Notes under the pieces: generated by a model
Database searches by the model: none
What the model was told of the DNA's origin: nothing
What the model saw: the letters and a program-made list of their open reading frames with translations, nothing else
Assembly (NCBI RefSeq): GCF_000315625.1
Contig: NW_005434568.1
Span: forward strand, 144,582-208,581
Reading direction: 5' to 3'
Source: Guillardia theta CCMP2712
Lineage: Eukaryota; Protista; Cryptophyta
Length of the DNA: 64,000 nt
Shown: positions 48,564 through 59,491 of the stretch, piece by piece
How positions within the stretch are numbered: position 1 is the first letter of the stretch
Layout: the number at the start of each line of letters is the position of its first letter
Made by a program: the position numbers and the translations under genes

Positions 48564-50474
48564 ATGTCAGACAGGTTCTTTAATGCAGGCTGCTGGGACA
48601 TCCAAGGTACATCCTGGCAAGAGTATGAGCGGTATCCAATGCTCAAACTTCCACCACCACCGGCAGCAGCAACAACAACACCAGAACCAGAACCAGAACC
48701 AGATCTAGAACCAGAACCACCAACATATGCTCCTCTTAATCATCATCAGGCTGAGGTCAGTGGAAATACGGAGTTTGCAGAACAAACCCAAGCACCTACT
48801 CATTCGGACCATGTTATGAAGATGATTGACAGCAACCTGCTGGACATTGGATTCGAGCCTCAACAAGGCTTCGATCAAACAAATCCGTTTTCCTCTTCGC
48901 TTCTCACATCCAACAAAGAAGTTTCGGATACGAACCAGCAGCTCTCCAGTGTCAAAGAAAGACCTGGACCTAGGCGAACTATGTTGACAGAATTGTTCCC
49001 GAAACAAGCAGCAAATCCGAATCCCATCGGGGAGACGGAAAGACAATTCTTGGATGAGGGCTGCACGGTGTTTGGCGACGTCTTTGGTAAGATTGAGCCC
49101 GATGAGTCGAGAGGAACTCTGTGGTCATCAGACGCATTGAGCCCAAGCACGTTGACACAACGTCTGACCTCAAGCAGGTTACCATGCAACGACATATTGA
49201 GCACGACAACAGATCAGATTAAGCTCCAGCGTGCAAGCGAAGCGACGAAAGCTCTCGACAACGAGCAGGCAGCGAGCACATCTTGCTCAAGCAGCGAGCA
49301 CCTGTTGCTTAAGCAGCGAGCACCTGTTGCTCAAGCAGCGAGCACATCTTGCTCAAGCACTTCCTCGTCCTCCGGCTCGATGACTTGCGTGCCAACAACT
49401 CCCAAGGAGTCTTACTGCTCTAAAAGACAATTGGTTGCTGTGGAAGTTGACGGGCCTGCCCTGCCTGCTTTTCACAGCCACAAGTCAGCATTGCTGGATT
49501 CCATGTTGCTGTCGATTGTACAACAAACCAGCGCCCGGATGAACTTGGCTCCAGACAAGCTCAAGACGTTTGCATTGAGTCTCCTGCTAGATGCTTACGC
49601 TGTACAGACTGTTCTTCCATCGAAGCAATCGAATCAAGTGCTGCACTACAAAGTCCGGGCCTTTGTTGAAGCTCTCATCAAATCGCCACTCGAACTGGAC
49701 AGCGAAAGTTCTTATGTCGTGTGCGTTCGTGTCGAGACGGCAGAAGAAGACTTTGATTGGACTGCTGCAAAGAAGAATCGAAGGATCATGTACAGAGAGC
49801 AGGGCGTGCTCTGGGAGCTCATCGCTGTCGTTTCTGCTGTCTCTCTCGAGCAGCCGACTGCAGAGCAGTTTCAACATCACAAAGTCAGGGTTATCAAAAG
49901 AACGATGGGCATTGATACCGACTCCCAGAACGAGCAGGAGCAGGAGCAGGGGGATCATAACTGGAGTGCTCAGCTGTCCAACTTTGCGAATAGAGCAGGC
50001 CTGCAAACTTGGGTTGTTGACGCACAAAACAGGAACAATTTCAACCAGTCCGTTATGCAGGATGCCGATGGGGTCTACAAGCTGGTGCTGATCTACTCCC
50101 CAGACAAGGCGGAGCGCGAGAACAAGAAGGTTGACCACAAGAACAATGCCAAGAAGCAGAAACTTCAAGAAAAGAAGAAGGCAGACGCCGCCAGGAAAGG
50201 TGAGAGTCTCAAACTCGATCTCGTGCCATTGAAGGAGCCTCGCCTTCGAGTGACTCCCACGGTTTGGCAGGCCCTGAGACCGTCACAGAGTCACGCCGTG
50301 CCCAGCGGGCCGGGGGGCCGCGGGGCGCGCCGCCGGCCGCCGCCCCGCACTGCGGACCTGACACCACCCGCCGGTCACCCGCCGCACCCGGGGCCGCCGC
50401 GCGAGCCTGAGTCGCCGCAGGCGGCGGCGGCCGCCGGGCCGCCCGGGCCGGTAGCCTTGCCGCTAGTAGCCTAG
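48564..50474 (+). CDS. Hypothetical protein with a disordered N-terminal half, a globular C-terminal half and a Lys-rich tail; 3' end uncertain
   Basis: ORF of more than 600 codons; a possible splice donor GGTGAG near 50200 lies before the ORF runs into a GC block. Confidence 0.75.
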   Translation: MSDRFFNAGCWDIQGTSWQEYERYPMLKLPPPPAAATTTPEPEPEPDLEPEPPTYAPLNHHQAEVSGNTEFAEQTQAPTHSDHVMKMIDSNLLDIGFEPQQGFDQTNPFSSSLLTSNKEVSDTNQQLSSVKERPGPRRTMLTELFPKQAANPNPIGETERQFLDEGCTVFGDVFGKIEPDESRGTLWSSDALSPSTLTQRLTSSRLPCNDILSTTTDQIKLQRASEATKALDNEQAASTSCSSSEHLLLKQRAPVAQAASTSCSSTSSSSGSMTCVPTTPKESYCSKRQLVAVEVDGPALPAFHSHKSALLDSMLLSIVQQTSARMNLAPDKLKTFALSLLLDAYAVQTVLPSKQSNQVLHYKVRAFVEALIKSPLELDSESSYVVCVRVETAEEDFDWTAAKKNRRIMYREQGVLWELIAVVSAVSLEQPTAEQFQHHKVRVIKRTMGIDTDSQNEQEQEQGDHNWSAQLSNFANRAGLQTWVVDAQNRNNFNQSVMQDADGVYKLVLIYSPDKAERENKKVDHKNNAKKQKLQEKKKADAARKGESLKLDLVPLKEPRLRVTPTVWQALRPSQSHAVPSGPGGRGARRRPPPRTADLTPPAGHPPHPGPPREPESPQAAAAAGPPGPVALPLVA

Positions 50475-51100
50475 TAGTACGGTAAAGAGCCTGAGATCAA
50501 GTTCACTGCCACGGTGAGTAAAGAGCCTAAGATTTTTCGAACTTGCGGTCTGACCCGTTTGAATCTTGCCAAGCCTGTTGCCGCAGTGCACTGAACGGCG
50601 GGCCCCGGTACCGTGGAGCCCGGCTCCGACGGTCGGACCGACGACGATCATGAGGCGTCCGACTGCCGGCGGTAACCGTCACGGCCACGGCCGGCGTCAC
50701 GGTTCAAGTCAGTACGGTAAGTCGATTCAGCCGGGGCCGAACCGTTGAACTTCCCGGCCGCCCGGCCCGGGGGAGTCCGCCGGGCCCCCGGGAGTCCGGG
50801 CGGGTCGCCGCGTGACAGTGATCATCCGATGATGAGTACCGTACGGTCATGGCGATCGGACCGCCGTACGGTAACGTTAGTACGGTAACGGGCCGGCGGC
50901 CGGGCGTCCGCCACGTACGGTCCCGTCGCCCGGCCCGCCACCGCCGCCGCCGCCGGCTCCCGGCCCGGCGGGATCCGACGATCCCGGGCCGCCGCCCCGC
51001 CGGCGGCCCGCTGTCCGATCGTCCCGGAGTCCTATCCGGCGGGACCCGACACTGATCCCATCCGACAGCGGCTCCCGTGTTGCGCCGTGACAGACAGACA
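50270..51100. other. Very GC-rich palindrome-word block
   Basis: CCGG, GGCC, CCGTACGG, CGGACCG and GAGTC words. Confidence 0.8.
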
Positions 51101-51664
51101 TCTTCCATGCTTTGTGATGCTCTGGCACTCCGCAGCCGGCTCAGTAGCATGTGGCAGGACATGGAAGCCCGTCGACATGAACATGGCAGCAGCTACTGAG
51201 CATCAAAGAGGAGGCAGAGGTAGACAGCGTGAGGCAGAGGGCAGGAGGAGGAAGGGATGAACGGGATAACGAGGAGACTTCGGTGGATTCAGATATCAGA
51301 GTTGGAGTGGGTCGGAGGGATGAGTATCAACATTGATGAGAGCGTAGGAGATGGTCATGCGACAATGGTGCAGAAGCTCAAAAAGTGTTAATTAGGTAGA
51401 GGAGAGCGAGGAGAAGGTGGTGTGGCAAGAGCAGAGCTGACAGAGGAGGAGGTAGCGGATTCGCAAAGTGAGTCGTAGCAGCTGGATGGATAGCATTACA
51501 GCGAGGGAAGTAAATAGCGAGTGGATCAGCAGTGATGAACATGATTATCACAGGCCGTCACTTCATACGCTTATATCGTAGACACATGTACATCTCATTC
51601 ATTTCACATTCTCCGCGATCTCTCATTCTGCTGCACAGAAGCCTCCCTCGTTGGGACGAGCGCG

Positions 51665-54632
51665 ATGAAGGTATCCATGCAAGAGCAGATCGCTTTCTGT
51701 GTGATCGCCTGGTTCGGCTTCGGTCAGGATGCGCTGATACAGCAGGCAACAGCTGACTCTTGCCCGGCAGCTCATATCACACCCTGCGATACCCTGCGAC
51801 CCGTCATGTCGAGCCGAGGGCATGCGGAGAGGAGCCTGGTGAGCCGACATGCGGTGCGTCCTCGGTGAAGGTGTTGGAGCAGGTCCGGCTGAGAGGAGGA
51901 GGGAAGCAGAGCTCGTTCCAGAAGGCATTCACGGGGATGCAAGATTCGGTAGGGGAGGAGATGGGGGTTGGAAGAAGGAGGATGACAGTGTTGAGAGGTT
52001 TGGGACGAACTGCTGGCAGAGAATACGGGCGATACTCCGTGAGTGGCAGCTGGACATGTTACAGGATGATGATGAGAATGGTGGTGGAGAAAATGATGAT
52101 GATGTTTGAAGAGATGATGATGGAGATGATGATGGTGGTGGAGATGATGATGATGTTGATAACGTTTATGACGATGGTGATGATGACGACGACAATGACG
52201 ATGATGTCAACAACAGTCTTGAGGAAGGGTTTGAAGACACACGGTTGTTTCAGAAGCTGTCATCGTTCGACCCCAGACTCTTCAACATCACCGACGAAGG
52301 TTCTTACGAAGCTCTTGTTTGTGCGCCTAACAGGCTGCTCAGACTCGAGCGCGGGAGAAGGACCCAGGTGAAGGACGTCTGACGTCTCTGATTGCTTGCT
52401 TGTCGTTTCATGGCATCCTGTTGTCTCCTTCCTGTCCGCCTCGTCCTCTCCTGCTCATCTTGCCCTCCTCTCCTCTCCTCCCTTATTGCCCCTTTTACAT
52501 CAGTAGTTTACCTTGCACCTCCTCCCATCTCCCTCTTCCCCACCGCCCTCTCTCTCTCCTTCTCCCTCTTTCGCTCGTTCTCCCTCTTCCTTTCCCTTTC
52601 TCTTCCCTCCTCACCCCATGTCAGATCCGTGAAGGCAGAATACTTCCAAGATCGAGGTCAGAACGCTTCCTCCCCTTGCTTGCACACAAGCTGGGATGGG
52701 GCGAGCTGGGAAGGGGACGTGCGAGTTCCGCAAGACTGCGGAGACCTTTGGAAGGCTCTCCTGCACACCAGATGGGGAAGGTGAGGCCGCAAACTGTGGC
52801 TGGACCCCAGCTGACTTTGATGACAGTCGAATTGTCCTCGACAAAGGGATTTGGAGGCTGCACGACTATGGCGAGTTGATGCTGGGAGGAGGAGAGCGAG
52901 GAGCTGGAGGGCAGCTGGAGGAAGAGGTGGGACAGGGGAAGGAGGGAAGCTTGTCCGGTCTGCAGGTGGAGGGGGCGGGGGCTGGTAGCACGGAGATCAA
53001 TGGCTGTTGGAACTTGGAAGACAGGCGGAGGAACGTCGAGAACTCGTTTCGAGTGAGTTGCATGGGAGGGGATGGGGAGAGGAGGTGAAAGTTGCTGCAG
53101 AGCCTGACCTTCAACTACTCGGACGCTCTCGAGAAACAAGCGAGAATCCTCAGTCATGGTCTGAACGTCTTCCTGTCCCCTTGCCAACACGCTCACCTTC
53201 ATGGCCCGTCCTCTGCGATGATCTTGTCTTCTCGACCTCTTGCTCAATTCCTTCGGTTCTTCCGTGTCTGTTCCTTCTCCACGTCATCGTTCTCGATCTT
53301 TGTGATGTAATCCTCCTCTCGCCTCCTCACTTGGGTTGTCTCATACAGCAAACACCTACTGTCTCGACATCATGTCTGGCTCCTGGAGCTTCAATGACTG
53401 TGAAATTCGCTCATACAAGGTGCCCTTCCTTCCTGCCTGCTGCCTGCTGCCTGCTGCCTGCTGCCTGCTGCCTCCTGCCTCCTGCCTCCTGCCTCCTGCC
53501 TCCTGCCTCCTGCCTCCTGCCTCCTACAACTGACGGTGCACTAGTCAACGTGCTTGAGAGGTAGCTCAAGCTCGTCGCTGCGGTCTGACTTCTACCTTCC
53601 TCGCTTCTTCCTCACGCGCCGCAGACTGCAGAGATGCGTTATTGGAGGAGACGATCCGGGGACATCGGACAGGGAGAACTCGCCGGCGGAGATGATGCAA
53701 TACGTGAATGAGATCCGAAAACGAGCAGGTTGTTCCTTCGCATGCCTCGTACCCTTTTACCGAGTTGTTGAGATGTGTTGTACTGAGCTATTGAGATGTC
53801 TTGTATCAAGTGAAGTATATTGTATCTAACATTGTTGTCGATGCAGAGAACGGAGTGATTCTTAAGGACACTGCGACAGCGTACTTGACTGACTGTGAGA
53901 TTTGGTATAACCTGCTGATCGCCTTGCACGCTGCTTTCCATGCTTCCAGTCTGCCAGTCTGCCAGCTTGCCTGCTATCACTTCCCTATTCCTCCTCCTTT
54001 CTCTGCTCATCCTCGATTCTCCTTCTTGACGCTCGTGCTCTCTGTGTTGCCCCTCGCTCCTACTGTCACACCTTCGCCTCTTCTTCCTTGAAGTCTCCTC
54101 CTTCTCCCTCCCCTCCCCCCATCTTCCCCTCCTCTCTCCCTCCACTCATGTCTCCCTCCTCGCTCTCTTCCACTCATCTCTTTCTCCTGCCTCTCCTCAA
54201 TTCATCTCTTCTTTCTCCTCCTTCTCGACAAATCTCACGCGTTTCCTCCCTTGACTTCAGTTTCACCGGCTCTTATTACGGGAGCGCGATCTCGTGCAAG
54301 GAAAACTCTAGCGCTGTTGCCTTCAGCTGCAACTTCAGAGAGAACTCTGCAGGTCAGCAACGAGATTGCAAGGCAGTTTCTTTGGCTCACCTTGATGCCA
54401 ACATGTTGCCTCTGAAGTTTCTGCCTCTGTTCTCCTTGCATCTACTTCTGTCATTCTTCTCTCTCTTTTTCTACTTGTACTGGATCTTACTTTTCCTCTT
54501 CTCTCTCTGTTTCTTTTTCTCATTGTTTGTTGTATGGTTTCATGGACCATCTCAACATTTCCGCAGCAATCGTCATGCATGACTCATGCGGGATTATCTT
54601 GACCAATTGTTCCTTCAAGAACAATGACTTTG
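51665..54632 (+). CDS. Right-handed beta-helix (pectin-lyase-like fold) protein, multi-exon, running into an N gap
   Basis: VRVPQDCGDLWKAL, RIVLDKGIW, VEGAGAGSTEING, WSFNDCEIRS, AYLTDCEI, AFSCNFREN, ILTNCSFKNN. Confidence 0.7.
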
Positions 54633-54656
54633 TAAGCATACCGTTGTTATGCCATG

Positions 54657-54924
54657 TTGATATGATATGATATGATATGATATGATATGATATGACATGA
54701 TATGACATGATATGATATGATATGACATGATATGACATGATATGACATGATATGACATGATATGATATGATATGATATGATACGAAATGATATTACATGA
54801 CATGGAATGATACGAAGTGTTCCTATACGATATTACTTGGCATGATATGATCTTGATATGATCTTGATATGATCTTGATATGATCTTGATATGATCTTGA
54901 TATGATCTTGATATGATCTTGATA
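54657..54924. repeat. (GATAT/GACAT)n pentamer grading into an 11-bp (TGATATGATCT)n array
   Basis: Directly visible; abuts an N gap. Confidence 0.95.
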
Positions 54925-55024
54925 NNNNNNNNNNNNNNNNNNNNNNNNNNNNNNNNNNNNNNNNNNNNNNNNNNNNNNNNNNNNNNNNNNNNNNNNNNNN
55001 NNNNNNNNNNNNNNNNNNNNNNNN

Positions 55025-55242
55025 GGGCCCTCCGGGTGTGCGCGGAGCTCCTGGTATCCCAGGGGATCACAACGATGATGCTTCCCGACCCTTCCTGGGC
55101 GAACCACAAGCCGCTGCTGGGAGGAGGAGGGCTGAAGATCACGGAGTACCGCTACTTCAAGCAAGATACGCACACTGTCGACATCGATAGCATGCTCGCG
55201 GACATCCAGGCTTGCCCCCCCAAGACTGCGATCATGTTTCAG
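55025..55242 (+). CDS. Isolated exon of a class I aspartate aminotransferase
   Basis: ALRVCAELL...PDPSWANHKPLLGGGGLKITEYRYF...VDIDSMLADIQACP, ending at a GT donor; no other exons seen. Confidence 0.8.
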
Positions 55243-55814
55243 GTTGTGATGTGTGGGTGGTGTGATGATGATGATGGAGATGATGATGATGGAGATGATG
55301 ATGATGATGATGGAGATGATGATGATGGAGATGATGATGATGGAGACGACGACGATGACGACGACGACGTTGATGTCGATATCGTTGATATCGTTGTTGT
55401 TGTTGATGATGATGTAGATGATGATCGTGGTGGTGGTGAAGAGGAGAAGAGACTACTACAGCTAATATTTGATGTGATGATGTCAATAATCGTGTACTGC
55501 ACAACAATGTCTCGCTTTATGCTCATCCAATCACGTGTCTTGTTCATCTAATGTGTCTGTTTGGTTTGGCTTCCTCCATGTCTTGATCGTCTTCTCCTCT
55601 ACAAGATTCTACCTCCCCACAAGCTCCTTCCCAGCTGACCTTGTTGTGACTTTAGGAAGTCAAATCGTCGGGGAGGTGTGGGTGGATGGAACGAGGCCGA
55701 AGCTTTTGGACGTGGATGATCTGAACGTTACAAACTCCCCGTTGCTGTCAAGTAACAGTTCAAACAATGTAAGGGATCGATGTTGTGGTGTGTGGGACAG
55801 CAAATGTGGGATCA

Positions 55815-56006
55815 AGAGAGAAGAGAAGAGAAGAGAAGAGAAGAGAAGAAAAAGGGAAGGGAAGGGAAGGGAAGGGATGAGATGAGATGAGATGAGATGA
55901 GATGAGATGAGATGAGATGAGATGAGATGAGACGAGATGAGATGAGATGAGATGAGATGAGATGAGATGAGACGAGACGAGATGAGATGGGATGAGATGA
56001 GATGGG
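55815..56006. repeat. (GAGAA)n-(GGGAA)n-(GAGAT)n compound microsatellite
   Basis: Directly visible. Confidence 0.95.
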
Positions 56007-56634
56007 ATAAGTTTAAGAGATCAATATCTCATCGCTACTTCCGTTCGTTCTTCTCCTTCGCTGTCGTCAACGTGGTTTTCACTGACCGGACTCAGATGTC
56101 GTCGACAACAGAGAATCCAACCATATGCTACCAGGAAGATGATCGACCAGAGTTAGAAGACGACAGCGAGGATAGGAAGGTGAATGTGCATGCAAGAGCG
56201 GATGTTGTCATGTTGTCATGTTGTCATGTTGTCATGTTGTCATGTTGTTCGAAGGCTGTCGTGATGAGATGTTCTCTGCATGTGACATGTACATGTCGTG
56301 AAGTTACCATGCTCTTGTGGAAGAAAACAGATGTTTGCTGTTCGTTTCTGATCTCTTGGTAAGATTGCAGAGCTACTGAAAGATGCGGAGGCGCTTTCGC
56401 TGCAAGGATACAGTGCGGAAGATTTCAAGAAGTTTGAGATGAGAGCATTTGACGTTTTTCTTTCTCACTTGTGCTTGTAGGCACCTTGAAAGCAACCCAA
56501 CGTTGAGAAGTGACATCGAAAGAGGTGAAATGATGACGTTCGATTCATGCTCGTGTCTGCTCCTAGTGGTGGTGGTAGTGCTCTTGCAATGATTTCTTTT
56601 GGAGATGATCAAAGTTATGGAGCGACGATTGATG

Positions 56635-56935
56635 GTTGCTGCTGTTGCTATGGTTGTTGCTGCTGCTATTGTTGTTGTTGCTGCTGCTATTGTTGTTGCT
56701 GCTGCTATTGTTGTTGCTGCTGTTTCTGGTGCTGGTGCTGGTGCTGGTGCTGGTGGTGCTGGTGCTGGTGCTGGTGCTGGTGCTGGTGCTGGTGCTGGTG
56801 CAGTTGCTGTTGCTGTTGCTGTTGCAGTTGCTGGTGCTGCTGGTGTTGTTGTGGTCGTAGTGCTGGTGCTGGTGCTGGTGCTGTTGTGGTTGTGGTGGTT
56901 GTAGTGGTGGTGGTGGTGGTGGTGATGATGATGGT
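56635..56935. repeat. (GCT/GTT/GGT)n compound intronic microsatellite
   Basis: Directly visible. Confidence 0.95.
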
Positions 56936-57062
56936 AACAATTGGAGTACAATGGTATGTTCTGACTTGTTGCATTTCTCAGAAGAAGAAGAGGTGTTATC
57001 ATCATCGATGAGTCTGTTCGCTGATCGTCCTTGTCAAGAGGAGACATCCTTTCCTCCCTGCA

Positions 57063-58328
57063 GCTCCGCTGCACAACAGATACTACGCGATGCGGTGAGA
57101 GTGAGGAGGAGATCAAGGCGGGTGATCAAAAGCAAGAGGAGGAGGGAGGATGAGCAAGAAGTGATGGGGCAGGGGGAGGGGGAGAGGCAGAGGCAGGGGC
57201 AGGAAGAGAAGGAGCTGAGAAAGGAGGATGATTGTTTTTTCTGACTTTTTCACCTTCTAGTCATGGAAAGAGCCAAGCCAACGAGCAGGTGACTTTTGCA
57301 CACTAAGTGCCTTGAAAGTTGACAACCTCGACAAAATTTGAGGATTCTCAGCTTGTCAAACCTGCCAGTTGACCCACTTGACAGGGGCTGATCGTCTCGG
57401 ACCCTCTCAATGGGATCAGACAGTGGGGGCTGACGGAAGAAGGAAGAGAGCAGGTGAGGAGGAGGGGGCAGGAGGGGTGGGAGAAGGGGGAGGAGGAGGA
57501 GGTTGTGGTTGTGGTTGTTGTGGTGGTAGAGTTTCGGAAATGCTGGGGGTGCTGGTGCTGATGACAATGACGACGAAGTTTACATGTTTGTTTGTTTGTT
57601 TGGTTCATCAAGCTTACATGTTTGTTTGTTTGTTTGTTTGGTTCATAAAGGCCAAGTTGTCCGCCATCGAGTTCTGCCGTCAAGTTGCCCAAGACAAGAA
57701 CACTTCAGTCCTCATCTTGTCCAGTGACTTTCGTCGCACTATAGAGACTGCGCAGGTAGGGAGGAGGAGGAGGAGGAAGTTGTATGTTTGGGAGGTTGAC
57801 TTTTCTGCAGGAACTGAAGGTTGCTATGAATGATAGAAGAGCAGACCTTGTGGTCTGCAAGGAGGTACTGGATTAGTCCTGGTCCTCCTGCCTGCTGCTG
57901 CTGCTCCTCCTCCTCCTCCTCCTGCTGTCATGATTCATGATTCTCTTTTTGGTGTGATCGTTTTCATCAATTCTCCTTCCTTGTCTCTCCCTCACATCTG
58001 ACTCGCTTCTCAGCTCCGCGAGCGATACTTCGGGCAACTTGAGCTGGGCGATCATGCGAGGTGAAGTCCGGGCGGAGGGAGGTGTTCTGCTGAGAGGAGG
58101 AAGCAGGACTAGAAGGAGGAGAGGAGAGGAGGAGGAGGAGAGGAGGGAAGACGAGGGAACAGGAGGAGGAGGAGGAGAGGAGGGGAGGGGAGGAGGGGAA
58201 GTTGTGCTCTGGGGCTGACGATCATCAGGTACAATCAAGTGTGGGAGATGGATGCGCTCGACGGGAATCATCACTCGATGGGATGTGAAGCAGCGATAGA
58301 GGTCAGGAATCGAACCCTCCTCCCTCTT

Positions 58329-58364
<36 letters not shown>

Positions 58365-58913
58365 CCTCCCTATCTCTCTCCTGCTCCTGCTCCCTCTACT
58401 CCTGCTCCTTCTCCTGCTCCCCCCCCCCCTCCTCCTGCTCCCTCTGTTTCCCCTCCTCCTCTTGCTCGATCTATTCCCCTCCTACTCCTGCTCCTGGTCC
58501 TGGTCCTGGTCCTCCTTGTCCTCCTGCCTTCGCAGCTTCTCGTCCTCCCGTACTTTCCCTTTCCCTCCTTGTATTATCATGTTTCTTCTGTTCTTCCTCG
58601 TTTTCCTCGTTCCACCTCCTCTTCATCCTTCGCCACAAGGATCTCTCCCTCCTCCCTTTCGTTTGAATTTGGTTGACAGGTCAGGAATCGTGTCATGGGT
58701 CTCATTGAGAGGATAGAGGTGAGGAGGAGGAGGAGGAGGAGGAAGAGGAGGAGGAGGAGGAGGAGGAGGAGGGGGAAGGGGGAGGAGGAAAGGGATCGTC
58801 CGTCTGACTTTCTCTGTCAGCGAGAGCACAAGGGAAAACTTGTGTTCCTCGTTAGCCATGGAGATGCCCTGCAGGTCTTCCTGCTTTCTTGCTACTACTT
58901 CTATGTCTGCTTA

Positions 58914-58957
<44 letters not shown>

Positions 58958-59287
58958 CTCCTCCTCACGGACGATCAGATCACCCAAACTGCTTTTGCCG
59001 GACTCTCCGTGCGAGAACATCGGTAAGAGGACGGAGGAATGCAAGGAGGAGGAAGGGGGCAGGGGGGATAGGAGAGGGAGGAGGGAGGAGGGAAAAAGGT
59101 GGAGCCAGAAAGCAAAATGGAGGAGGGGAAGGGGGCGGACGAGGGGAAGAGGTGAGGGAGAGGTAGTAGAGAGTGGGAGGTAGAGAGCACAAGGCGGAGG
59201 GAAGTGACGGGCTATGTCAGGACTCTGCCGCATCTTCACCCGGCTCAGATCCGCGAACTTCTGCCGCGACTGAGAAGGAGAAGCTGA
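57063..59287 (+). CDS. Histidine phosphatase (phosphoglycerate-mutase family), multi-exon; may extend 5' to about 56095
   Basis: Spliced LHNRYYAMR|HGKSQANEQ, GLTEEGREQ, SSDFRRTIETA, LRERYFG, LVSHGDALQ. Confidence 0.88.
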
Positions 59288-59491
59288 AGGCCAAGCGACA
59301 AGGCAGAAAGGGAGGGGAGGGTGAGGAAGGGAGGGAGAGGAGGGGAGGGAATAGGAGAAAATTATTCACAGGAGGGTGAAGCAGCAAGTTTGTTGACAAG
59401 TAGCTACTAGAGAGAGCAGCAAGATCAGTTTGCTCCTTATCTCTTTGCCTTCTTGTTCTTCTTGTCTGAACTGCTTGGCTCTGTCAAGTCA

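Noticed and set aside
56373-57116. Homopolymeric-amino-acid ORFs (also 31016-31777 and 54615-55551)
   Set aside because: Translations of intronic microsatellites
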